DNA from: a virus
Length of the DNA: 41,929 bases
Virus record (IMG/VR): IMGVR_UViG_3300038443_000672
Strand: one strand, 5' to 3'
Position numbers and translations under genes: made by a program. The notes beneath the pieces were generated by a model. That model was not told where the DNA came from, did not search any database, and saw nothing but the letters and a program-made list of their open reading frames with translations. Below are positions 7,075 through 14,895 of this stretch, piece after piece. Every line of letters starts with the position of its first letter. Within the stretch, counting starts at the first letter, position 1.

Positions 7075-7302
7075 GTGAACCACCTAACCAAGCAGCAGGC
7101 GGTTGGCATCTTTGGCACCGCGACAGCGCTTGCCGATGCCCTTGGAATCACTAAAGGCGCGGTATCGCAATGGCCTGATGACCTCGATACGCAGCGCACG
7201 GCAGCGGTGATCGGCGCCGCCGTTCAGTCTGGCCGCGCTGATCGCATTCCGGCCGGGTTCGTCTGTCAGCGCCAAATCAAGGAAGAAACCGACAGCACAT
7301 AA
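7075..7302 (+). CDS. Cro-like regulator (YdaS-type HTH)
   Basis: GTG start with GGAG 7 nt upstream. HTH ALADALGITKGAVSQW. Confidence 0.7.
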   Translation: MNHLTKQQAVGIFGTATALADALGITKGAVSQWPDDLDTQRTAAVIGAAVQSGRADRIPAGFVCQRQIKEETDST

Positions 7303-7342
7303 CGCGCCCACTCCCTTCTTCTAACAACACAAAAAGCGCGGA

Positions 7343-7621
7343 GTGGGACCGGTGAGCAAACGCATCAAACACATGAAGGGTGGCGGCATGGGTCGAACAC
7401 GCGGTCGATCGATCGGCAAGCTCACGTCCGAGATCAAGGTTCGAGTGGACGATGAGACGCGCGACGAGTTGGATCGTCTGGCGTCAGACGCCGGGATGGA
7501 TCTGTCGCAGTTCCTTCGGGAACTGGTGCTGATTCGCGTCTACGGCCGAGCCCACATTGCAAGGTTACAAGAGCGACGTTTGGCCATGGTCGCGGGAATA
7601 GGCCACGACGAGGACGACTAA
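7343..7621 (+). CDS. Ribbon-helix-helix (CopG/Arc-like) DNA-binding protein in the cII position
   Basis: KVRVDDETRDELDRLASDAGMDLSQFLRELV fits a beta-strand plus two helices. The real start may be GTG 7352 or ATG 7373/7388. Confidence 0.5.
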   Translation: MGPVSKRIKHMKGGGMGRTRGRSIGKLTSEIKVRVDDETRDELDRLASDAGMDLSQFLRELVLIRVYGRAHIARLQERRLAMVAGIGHDEDD

Positions 7622-7667
7622 GGGGCCGCAACATCGTCGCTCATTCGATATGACGTGGGAGGTGGAA

Positions 7668-7748
7668 GTGGAACTGTTTATCGACCTATTCATGCTGTCG
7701 CTGTGCGCGTTTGCATTTGGCGCGCCGATCGTTTGGCTGGTGTGGTGA
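7668..7748 (+). CDS. Candidate 26-aa hydrophobic peptide, not in the ORF track
   Basis: GGGAGG at 7657..7662, then GTG at 7668. Translation is MELFIDLFMLSLCAFAFGAPIVWLVW. The stop is 3 nt before the next gene. Confidence 0.3.
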   Translation: MELFIDLFMLSLCAFAFGAPIVWLVW

Positions 7749-7751
7749 GCT

Positions 7752-8378
7752 ATGACAGTCGCCGTTCTCTTCGCACGCCACGACAGCATCTATAAGACGC
7801 TGCCCGGCTGCGACGTGTGGGATGAAGCACGCGACGCGCGCAAATGGCCCGGTGGTGCGCCTGTTATCGCGCATCCGCCGTGTCGAGCATGGGGCGGATT
7901 GAGTCACATGGCTAGGCCGAGAGAAGGTGAGCGAGAGCTGGCGATTTGGGCCGTGGATCGCATAAGGGAATGGGGTGGTGTGCTCGAACATCCACGTGCG
8001 TCGCGTCTTTGGAAAGAGTGCGGGCTGCCTGCCCCCGGTAAGAGAGATCGATTCGGCGGATTCACGTGGCCGATTCATCAAAACTGGTTTGGGCACCGCG
8101 CCCGAAAATCCTCTCTGCTTTACATCGTCGGTACTGAGCCGCGCCAATTGCCCTTGATGCCACTCGAGCTCGGAGAACCCGCGTACGTAGTCAGCACGTC
8201 GAGGCGAAATAAGGACGGCTCGCGCGAGGGAAACCGCCCGAACATCACGAAGCAGGAGCGGGAGCATACGCCTAGATTGCTTGCCGAATGGCTCGTCGAG
8301 CTCGCCCGTCAGTGCGAAAGCGCTATTCCATCGCGCCGCGAATCCGCCGCGATTTCCGATCTCTTTGCGGATTGCTGA
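7752..8378 (+). CDS. C5-cytosine-methyltransferase-like protein lacking a recognisable SAM-binding motif I
   Basis: 208 aa. HPPCRAWG (Cys44), VLEHP (Glu79) and GHRARKSSLLYIVG (Arg116/118) have the order and spacing of MTase motifs IV, VI and VIII. The N-terminus reads VLFARHD instead of F-x-G-x-G. Confidence 0.4.
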   Translation: MTVAVLFARHDSIYKTLPGCDVWDEARDARKWPGGAPVIAHPPCRAWGGLSHMARPREGERELAIWAVDRIREWGGVLEHPRASRLWKECGLPAPGKRDRFGGFTWPIHQNWFGHRARKSSLLYIVGTEPRQLPLMPLELGEPAYVVSTSRRNKDGSREGNRPNITKQEREHTPRLLAEWLVELARQCESAIPSRRESAAISDLFADC

Positions 8379-8380
8379 GC

Positions 8381-8902
8381 ATGAGTTCCATACCGCAACG
8401 CATCTTCGATATTCAGATGCTTATCGCATCGATGCGACCGGTGCGAGGCGACTGGCGCCAGCGGTTCCACGTCCTGCGCCACAACTACCGTATGTATGCC
8501 CAGGCGGTCGACGCCGGCGTCGTGAGGTGGGGATACCCATGCGATCCGTACATCGTCGGTGATTGGGCATCTCTGATGACTCCGATCGAGGCCGCCATGT
8601 GGGACGAGTTGCGCTCGGAAGGTTTGCCGTTTTGGCCGCAATTTCCGGTTGGCAAGTACATGGTCGACTTCGGCGATCCAGTGCGCCGCATCGCGATCGA
8701 GTGCGACGGCAAAGAATTTCATCAGGACTACAAGAAGGATGCTCGGCGCGACGCTGAAATCGAAAGTCTGGGTTGGTCCGTACACAGAATTTCCGGGCGC
8801 TCTTGCTTCGAAGACGAAGTGGCGTTCACCGACGAAACCGGGTTTCGGTACGGGCTTGATTTCTTTCGGGCGGGTATGAAGCGAGAGGAATCAGATGCGT
8901 GA
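8381..8902 (+). CDS. DUF559 / Vsr-fold endonuclease-domain protein
   Basis: 173 aa. YMVDFGDPVRRIAIECDGKEFHQ...DARRDAEIESLGWSVHRISG matches the DUF559 pattern. The start is 2 nt after the upstream stop. Confidence 0.7.
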   Translation: MSSIPQRIFDIQMLIASMRPVRGDWRQRFHVLRHNYRMYAQAVDAGVVRWGYPCDPYIVGDWASLMTPIEAAMWDELRSEGLPFWPQFPVGKYMVDFGDPVRRIAIECDGKEFHQDYKKDARRDAEIESLGWSVHRISGRSCFEDEVAFTDETGFRYGLDFFRAGMKREESDA

Positions 8903-9836
8903 TTACGCCAAGATCGCACCGAAGTTTTGGACCGGGCAAACGGGAAAGGACATCCGAAAAGGAGGCTCGGAGGGGGTTGTCGTTGCCCTTTACCTGATGA
9001 GTTCGCCGCATTCAAACATGCTCGGGCTTTTCTATCAGCCAATGCTCTACATGGCCCACGAAACTGGATTGGGCATCGAAGGGGCATCGAAGGGCCTTAA
9101 GGCATGCATTGAAGCTGGTTTATGTGCCTTCGATGAGGCATCGGAGATGGTTTGGGTCTACGAGATGGCCTCCTACCAGATAGCCAATGAACTAAAGCCC
9201 GCAGACCGTCGGTGCATTGGCATCCAGAAAGACTATGAAGCCCTGCCGGCATGCCCTTTCCTTGGGCCATTCTTCGATCGGTACAAAAATGCTTTCAACC
9301 TGACCAAACGCCGTTCTTCTGAACCCCCATCTGTAGCCCCTTCGAACCCCCATCGAAGCCAGGAACAGGAACAGGAACAGGAACAGGAACAGGAACAGGA
9401 ACAGGAACAGGAACAGGAGCAAAACCCACTGTCGAGTTCGCGCTCAAGTTCGCCCGAAGTCGAGCAAATTTTCGCGTACTGGCAAAAGCGGATGGACTCG
9501 CCGCGATCGGTTCTTGACGACAAACGGCGAAAGGCGATCAAGGCCGCACTTCGCATGGGCTACTCGCCAACCGACCTGTGCAAAGCAATCCGAGGCTGTT
9601 CGCTCACGCCGCACAACATGGGCCAGAACGAGCGCGGGCAAAAGTACAACGGCATCACCTTGATCCTTCGCAGTGCCGACCAGATCGATCGATTCATTGC
9701 CAACGACGCGGCACCGCCGCGCGCCAACGGTCATGCGAACGGCGTGCTTGCGCACAACGATGCGGTAATGGCTGCTTTTCTCGCTGGCGACTCGCCGGCG
9801 TCCAGTGACCCGATGACGATCGACATGGAGCAATGA
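8895..9836 (+). CDS. Replication initiator (lambda O-like role; conserved phage C-terminal domain)
   Basis: The C-terminal IFAYWQKRM...LDDKRRKAIKAALRMGYSPTDLCKAIRG...HNMGQNERGQKYNGITLILR is typical of phage replication proteins. There is an internal (EQ)10 linker. Confidence 0.6.
   Translation: MRDYAKIAPKFWTGQTGKDIRKGGSEGVVVALYLMSSPHSNMLGLFYQPMLYMAHETGLGIEGASKGLKACIEAGLCAFDEASEMVWVYEMASYQIANELKPADRRCIGIQKDYEALPACPFLGPFFDRYKNAFNLTKRRSSEPPSVAPSNPHRSQEQEQEQEQEQEQEQEQEQEQNPLSSSRSSSPEVEQIFAYWQKRMDSPRSVLDDKRRKAIKAALRMGYSPTDLCKAIRGCSLTPHNMGQNERGQKYNGITLILRSADQIDRFIANDAAPPRANGHANGVLAHNDAVMAAFLAGDSPASSDPMTIDMEQ
9361..9420 (+). repeat. Hexanucleotide tandem repeat (AGGAAC)x9 plus one AGGAGC
   Basis: Read directly. 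It is in frame and encodes Q(EQ)10 within the replication initiator gene. Confidence 0.95.
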
Positions 9837-9839
9837 GCC

Positions 9840-10586
9840 ATGACGCCGAACGACAAAGCCGAATTCGTGAAGCTGCTGAACCTCTGCTACGCGACGCTGC
9901 TCAAGCAGCTTCCGTCCGTCGAGGGTTTGCAACTTTGGATGACGATTCTCGAGCCGTATTCGATCGAGCAGGTTCGCGCGGCGCTGTCGGCGCACATGCG
10001 CGAGAGCAAGTTCCCACCGGTTCCTGCGGACGTGGTGCAGCGCATGCCCAAGGCAACCGATGATCGGCCCGACGCCAACGAAGCCTGGGCAATCTCGCTG
10101 CGCTCGCGCGACGAACGGGACACGGTCGTGTGGACGCAGGAATGCGCGGAGGCGTTTTCAATCGCATCCAGCGTGCTCGAAGGCGGCGACGAGGTCGGCG
10201 CGCGGATGGCGTTCAAGGCGGCTTACGAACGGCTTGTCGAAGCCTCGCGTGCTGCTGGCAAGCCGGTGCAGTGGATCAAGTCGCTCGGTCACGACCCAGC
10301 GCTGCGCGAAGCGCCAATCACTGAGGCGGTACGCGCCGGCCGTCTAGCCCTTGCTGACGCTCGCGCGGTGCTCCCGATGCTCGCGGCGCCCGATGACGAC
10401 TACGACAGCACCAAGGCAGAGGCGAATCTCGCCGAACTGCGGCGAATGGTCCGATCGATTCCGAGTTCGGCCGAGAAACTCGCGAAGGCCGCAGAACTGC
10501 AAAGCACTGTTGCGCGCGCGGCGGTGGATGCCGCCAAGCGTCGCATGGCGCAGCGCGTCGCCGAGCACGAAGGGAGCCAGCCATGA
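9840..10586 (+). CDS. Putative helicase loader/replication accessory protein (G39P-like N-terminal pattern)
   Basis: LQLWMTILEPYSIEQVRAALSAHMRESKFPPVPADVV resembles the loader N-terminal domain. It sits directly after the initiator gene. Confidence 0.4.
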   Translation: MTPNDKAEFVKLLNLCYATLLKQLPSVEGLQLWMTILEPYSIEQVRAALSAHMRESKFPPVPADVVQRMPKATDDRPDANEAWAISLRSRDERDTVVWTQECAEAFSIASSVLEGGDEVGARMAFKAAYERLVEASRAAGKPVQWIKSLGHDPALREAPITEAVRAGRLALADARAVLPMLAAPDDDYDSTKAEANLAELRRMVRSIPSSAEKLAKAAELQSTVARAAVDAAKRRMAQRVAEHEGSQP

Positions 10587-10915
10587 GCGCCGACGGCAAC
10601 GCCTGGGGTATGTGCGCGGCCTACGGCTGCCCGATGTTCGGCTCGTTCGGGGTGGGTGGGAAGTGGTACTGCTGCTGTCACTTCCGAGCCAATGCCGGGA
10701 CAAACGACGCGATAACGCTCGTGCTGAACATGAATTCGTCGCTCGTCAAGGAATCGCTTTTGATTCGCCGAGAGGGCGGTCGATCAGCCGACCTGCGAGC
10801 GATCGAAGACAAGCTCGTGGAGTTGACCGCTGAGGCCGGGCGGCAAGAAGTCCTGCCGACGGCGCCCATCATCGGCCCCACGCACGCCATGCAGCACTAC
10901 ACCGACGAGCAGTAG
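10583..10915 (+). CDS. Cys-rich hypothetical protein (110 aa)
   Basis: ATGA overlap with the upstream gene. N-terminal C-x4-GC...W-x-CCCH cluster. Confidence 0.6.
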   Translation: MSADGNAWGMCAAYGCPMFGSFGVGGKWYCCCHFRANAGTNDAITLVLNMNSSLVKESLLIRREGGRSADLRAIEDKLVELTAEAGRQEVLPTAPIIGPTHAMQHYTDEQ

Positions 10916-10941
10916 TTTCACGCCCTAAAGGAGACGAGACG

Positions 10942-11337
10942 ATGAGCGGAAAACCAGGATGCGGCGCCACGCAGCGCGCGCCGAAATTGGCAAAAGCGAC
11001 GTATGACGCGATCGAAAAGGCCATCGAGGATCACGGCGAAATGACCGCGTACGAGCTTGTCGAGCGCACGGGACTGTCGCGCTCAACGATCAAGATGGCG
11101 CTGGAACGGCTGCGCAAACTCGGCATCGTGCGCATGCTTGGCAAGAAGCCGGATGCCACAAGAACGGGTATCAAGCCGCGTCTGTACGGCTTGGGCAGCG
11201 AGAAGGAATCGGCGGCCGAGGTGGACGAGGACGACTTCGATAGCCCGTTCAAGCGACCGCCTACGCTCGTTGTGGTGCACCGTCACCCGCAGGATGTGGC
11301 GTTCTTTGGCGAGTACGAGCGGAGGCAAGCAGCGTGA
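10942..11337 (+). CDS. Winged-helix (MarR-like) DNA-binding protein
   Basis: AAGGAG RBS. MTAYELVERTGLSRSTIKMALERLRKLGIVRMLG. Confidence 0.55.
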   Translation: MSGKPGCGATQRAPKLAKATYDAIEKAIEDHGEMTAYELVERTGLSRSTIKMALERLRKLGIVRMLGKKPDATRTGIKPRLYGLGSEKESAAEVDEDDFDSPFKRPPTLVVVHRHPQDVAFFGEYERRQAA

Positions 11338-11822
11338 CCATAATCATCGGCTGCGACCCTGGCCTCACCGGCGCGCTCGCAGCGCTCTACGCCGATGGCT
11401 CGCTTGAAATCATCGACCTGCCGACGTGCGCTATCGAAACGGCGGGCCCCAAGGCCAAGGTCAAGCGCAAGATCGACGCGCGCATGCTGCGCTCCATGCT
11501 GCGCCGGCTCGTTCCCGCCGACGAGCGTGCGATGTTCGCGATGGAAGACATGCAATTGCTCGGCGGCTCGTCCGTGCAAACCATGGGCGCTCTCGCGCAT
11601 ACGCGGGGCATCCTAGAGGCCGTGGCGATCCTGTGTGACATGAGCATGGTCTACGTCACGCCCCAGCGTTGGAAGCGCTTCTACGGCCTGGGCAGCAACA
11701 AGAGCGAATGCTTGCTCAAGGCACGCGAGCTATACCCGAGCGCGCCGCTTACGCTCGCCAAGCACCATAACCGCGCCGAGAGCCTATTGATTGCCCGATG
11801 GGCCCAGCGCACGCTCACATAG
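11334..11822 (+). CDS. RuvC-like Holliday junction resolvase
   Basis: IIIGCDPGLTGA (catalytic Asp), AMED and KHHNRAESLLIA motifs. GTGA overlap with the upstream gene. Confidence 0.7.
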   Translation: MTIIIGCDPGLTGALAALYADGSLEIIDLPTCAIETAGPKAKVKRKIDARMLRSMLRRLVPADERAMFAMEDMQLLGGSSVQTMGALAHTRGILEAVAILCDMSMVYVTPQRWKRFYGLGSNKSECLLKARELYPSAPLTLAKHHNRAESLLIARWAQRTLT

Positions 11823-11876
11823 GAGAGAAGCATGCATTGCCGACGAAAATGGTGGTAACGCATATTCGGGGACTGA

Positions 11877-12302
11877 ATGAACATAGCGACGATTGAGCCA
11901 GCAACAACAACGGGGTGCGCCATGGGGGACGAAGTGGATGAGTTGCTGGTCGAGTGGTACACATGGCAATCCGAATATCGGCCGAAGACCGGGTATGAGC
12001 GCGTTTCATCCGCGTTTCGCGATTACCGGGGGCGCTGGGCCGACTCCGAAGACCTCGCCGACCGCGCGCAGGCCGCAGCACGCAAGGCAGTGTGCCAAGC
12101 CGTCGAGGCGTGTGTTGGGGAGCTCGAACTGCGCGCGCGAATCGCCATCCAGACCGAGATGCGCAACCGCAAGAGCGGCATAACGGTTTGGTCATCGATC
12201 CGCCTGCCGGGACCGCTCGATGAGGAATACGCGCGGGCCAAGCAACTACTGCTGCCGATCATGATCGATCGAGGTTTGATCGACGAGCCCTTGCAAATCT
12301 GA
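11877..12302 (+). CDS. Candidate late-gene regulator (Q-like antiterminator by position)
   Basis: It is the last early-right gene. A near-consensus promoter overlaps its 3' end and a terminator follows. No family motif was recognised. An alternative start is M16. Confidence 0.35.
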   Translation: MNIATIEPATTTGCAMGDEVDELLVEWYTWQSEYRPKTGYERVSSAFRDYRGRWADSEDLADRAQAAARKAVCQAVEACVGELELRARIAIQTEMRNRKSGITVWSSIRLPGPLDEEYARAKQLLLPIMIDRGLIDEPLQI

Positions 12303-12319
12303 AAGGGGGCGCATAGAAT
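12291..12319 (+). promoter_or_regulatory. Late promoter (PR'-like)
   Basis: TTGCAA (12291..12296), a 17-nt spacer, then TAGAAT (12314..12319). Confidence 0.6.
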
Positions 12320-12371
12320 CGCGGTTCGTAGGGTGCCCAAGTTGCGCCCTCACACAATCCGAGCATTTCCC

Positions 12372-12412
12372 GAAGCCCGCCAGGCCCCAAGCCTCGCGGG
12401 CTTTCCGTTTTT
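12372..12412 (+). terminator. tR'-like intrinsic terminator between the late promoter and first late gene
   Basis: GAAGCCCGC/GCGGGCTTT stem with an inner AGGC/GCCT extension, followed by a U-rich TTTCCGTTTTT tail. It lies about 55 nt downstream of the -10. Confidence 0.6.
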
Positions 12413-12424
12413 GGAGTCCCCGAG

Positions 12425-13465
12425 ATGGCAAGTTCGTCGATTACGGCGGGTACCACGCGTACCCAGGCCGGGGCCACCCTTTTGACCGACAGAATCAATC
12501 GGGTGGACGTTTCAACGGCGGTCGTCACGGGGGCGGGCGATGGCGTCATTCTGCCGATCGTGCTGAACGGCACCGATGAGCGCGTCGTCATCAACAACAC
12601 GGCGAACGAAATCCAGCTTTACGCGAGCGGCGCCGACACGATCAACGGCGCGGCCGGATCGACCGGCATCGCCATCGGCCCGGGCGTCGTGTGTCTAGCG
12701 GTGTTAGCGTCGCCCGGCGTGTGGGATGTCATGGGCGGTCTTGCGAGCACCACGCTCAACGGCGGCGGCGGTGGAGGCGGCGGTGGAGGCGGCGGTGGAT
12801 CGGGCAGCGTGACGAGCGTGGGAATCACGAGCACCGACGGCAGCTTGAACGTCACCGGCTCCCCGATCACCGCAGCCGGGACGATCGATCTTTCGCTGCC
12901 TGAGCCGATTCCGGTCGCCAAGGGCGGAACGGGCCTGACGGCACTCGGCACGGCCGGTCAAGTACTCACGACGAGCCCGGACGGTTCTGCTGCGATATGG
13001 TCAACGCCCAACGTTCTCGCGGGCGCGCTAACTGTGCTCGACAAGGTGGGATCGCCGCAGAGCGTCACGAGCACGACAACGGAAACGGCGCTGCATACGA
13101 CGGCGGTTCCTGGCGGCACGATGAGTAACCACGGCGGCTTGATCGTGCTTTCGCGCTGGACGATCACGAACAACGCCGACGTGAAAAATCTGCACGTCCG
13201 TCTAAGCGGCATAAGCGGAACCGACTTCCTGGGCTGGGTGCCCACGACCAACAATACCGTCGAAATCATGACGGTCATTCAGAACCGGGGTGCAACGAAT
13301 CAGCAGATCGGCCCTCGGTTCAACAACAGCTTCGGCTCGAGCACGTCGAATTTCCAGACGGCTAGCGTTGATACGAGCGTGGCGACAAACCTTGTCCTGA
13401 GCGGCCAGTGTACGAGCACGGGCGACACCATCACGCTCGAGTCGGCAATCGTCATGGTGTTCTAG
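12425..13465 (+). CDS. Tail-fibre-like protein with a 13-Gly hinge
   Basis: VTSVGITSTDGSLNVTGSPITAAGTIDLSLP...AKGGTGLTALGTAGQVL is a typical phage fibre repeat. It is the first gene of the late operon. Confidence 0.6.
   Translation: MASSSITAGTTRTQAGATLLTDRINRVDVSTAVVTGAGDGVILPIVLNGTDERVVINNTANEIQLYASGADTINGAAGSTGIAIGPGVVCLAVLASPGVWDVMGGLASTTLNGGGGGGGGGGGGGSGSVTSVGITSTDGSLNVTGSPITAAGTIDLSLPEPIPVAKGGTGLTALGTAGQVLTTSPDGSAAIWSTPNVLAGALTVLDKVGSPQSVTSTTTETALHTTAVPGGTMSNHGGLIVLSRWTITNNADVKNLHVRLSGISGTDFLGWVPTTNNTVEIMTVIQNRGATNQQIGPRFNNSFGSSTSNFQTASVDTSVATNLVLSGQCTSTGDTITLESAIVMVF
12761..12799 (+). repeat. GGC plus (GGCGGCGGTGGA)x3 tandem repeat encoding Gly13
   Basis: Read directly. It is in frame within the fibre-like gene. 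Confidence 0.9.
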
Positions 13466-13466
13466 G

Positions 13467-14540
13467 ATGAGCACCACGATCGGGTTGCACGCCGGTTCGG
13501 ACTCGTCCAAGACGCAGTACGAAGCGTTTTCCACGTGGCTAGGCCAGTCCGTGACGACGCGCATCGTCTTTGCGGACAATTCCAGTTGGGGCGGCATCTC
13601 GTCGCCGTACATGCTCGGTACCACCAAAACATGGCTCGCGAAGGGCTCGCAGTACCGCGACGTCATCACGATCGGTCTATGTCCGACTGCGAACACGCCT
13701 AGCTCGTCAGGCGTTCATCTGTCTGCGGTGGCGGCCGGCAACTACGACTCGTACTTCACGACGCTCGGCCAAAACCTGGCGAACATGGGCAACAACCCAG
13801 CCACCGGCAAACCCTACGCCAATCAGGTCGTGATTCGCCTCGGGCACGAGCTAAACGGCGACTGGTACCAATGGGGCATTGGCGGCACGGCGAGCAACAA
13901 ACCGGGATCGTGGAACACGCCGACCGACTACAAGAACGCCTATGCGCGCGTGGTCGGCCTGATCCGCGCCAAGGCATCGGGCGTTAAGTTCGACTGGAAT
14001 TGGGCGATGAACGGGCGCGCAATTACCGGCACCTACGCCGCCGCATACCCGGGCAACGCCTATGTCGATTACATCACGGCCGACGTGTACGACGACTTCC
14101 ACTCGGGCAGTTGGGCGGCTCTGCTCAATGGCACGGGCGGCATCCTAAACGGCGGCCTCACGGCGTTTCGCGCGTTCGCGCAGAGCAACGGCAAGCCCGA
14201 GTGCTACCCGGAATGGGCGTGTGATACCTCGTCCAACGGATACGGCGATAGCGTAGTTTTCATAGTCGCCATGTCCGCGTGGTTCTTGGCGGCCCCCAAC
14301 GGGATCGGCTATCAGTCCTACTACGACACCTCGGCATGGGCCGGTAACGCAGTGATCCATACCGGCACCGTGACATGCCCGCGCGCCTCGCAGTCGTACC
14401 GCACGCTCATGTCAAAGCCGAATCTCGTGCTGACGAAAATCGCCGGCTCGCTCGTCAACGGCATCTTCACGCCGGTTTCGACGCCGCCCAAGAACCTCGG
14501 CTCGTACTGCGACGGTTCGAACTTCTACTACCTGAGCTAG
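13467..14540 (+). CDS. GH26-like glycoside hydrolase (candidate polysaccharide depolymerase)
   Basis: IRLGHELNGDWYQWG resembles the GH26 acid/base motif. ITADVYDD and YPEWA are candidates for the nucleophile region. The start is 1 nt after the fibre gene stop. Confidence 0.55.
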   Translation: MSTTIGLHAGSDSSKTQYEAFSTWLGQSVTTRIVFADNSSWGGISSPYMLGTTKTWLAKGSQYRDVITIGLCPTANTPSSSGVHLSAVAAGNYDSYFTTLGQNLANMGNNPATGKPYANQVVIRLGHELNGDWYQWGIGGTASNKPGSWNTPTDYKNAYARVVGLIRAKASGVKFDWNWAMNGRAITGTYAAAYPGNAYVDYITADVYDDFHSGSWAALLNGTGGILNGGLTAFRAFAQSNGKPECYPEWACDTSSNGYGDSVVFIVAMSAWFLAAPNGIGYQSYYDTSAWAGNAVIHTGTVTCPRASQSYRTLMSKPNLVLTKIAGSLVNGIFTPVSTPPKNLGSYCDGSNFYYLS

Positions 14541-14544
14541 AGCC

Positions 14545-14811
14545 ATGTCCAAACTCTCGAGCGCCAAGCGCAAAGCCATGCCGAAGTCCGAATTTGGACT
14601 GCCCGGCAAGCGCGCGTATCCGATGCCGGATGCCAGCCATGCGGCAAACGCCAAGGCTCGCGCCTCCCAAGCGGTGAACAGCGGGCGCATGTCGAAATCC
14701 ACTGAGGCCAAGATCGACAGCAAGGCCGATCGTGTCATGGGCAAGAAGTCGCGCGGCGACGCGAAGCACCCGCAGTCGCACGATGAATTCGAAGCGTTGG
14801 GGCGCGACTGA
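14545..14811 (+). CDS. Small basic conserved phage protein (88 aa)
   Basis: Carries the recurrent phage motif FGLPGKRAYPMPDASHAANAKARASQ. Confidence 0.55.
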   Translation: MSKLSSAKRKAMPKSEFGLPGKRAYPMPDASHAANAKARASQAVNSGRMSKSTEAKIDSKADRVMGKKSRGDAKHPQSHDEFEALGRD

Positions 14812-14812
14812 G

Positions 14813-14893
14813 ATGCGAGTGCTGATCGGTCTGCTGATGCTGTGCGCGCTCGTGTACGTGCTCGGGCATTTCGGCGCGATGGGGTGTCACTGA
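14813..14893 (+). CDS. Candidate 26-aa hydrophobic peptide, not in the ORF track
   Basis: MRVLIGLLMLCALVYVLGHFGAMGCH exactly fills the gap between two genes. Confidence 0.3.
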   Translation: MRVLIGLLMLCALVYVLGHFGAMGCH

Positions 14894-14895
14894 AA

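Noticed and set aside
7312-7352. CCCACTCC...GGAGTGGG inverted repeat after the cro-like gene, considered as a tR1-like terminator.
   Set aside because: The loop is about 25 nt and no U-tract follows. The 3' arm doubles as the likely RBS (GGAG) of the next gene.
9361-9420. Tandem AGGAAC array considered as a CRISPR-like or iteron-only noncoding repeat.
   Set aside because: The 6-nt units have no spacers. The array is in frame inside a CDS, so it is a coding microsatellite. A possible ori function is kept only as a hypothesis.
12761-12799. Poly-G-rich run considered as a sequencing or assembly artefact or a frameshift site.
   Set aside because: The reading frame is maintained through it. Recognisable fibre repeats continue downstream in the same frame.
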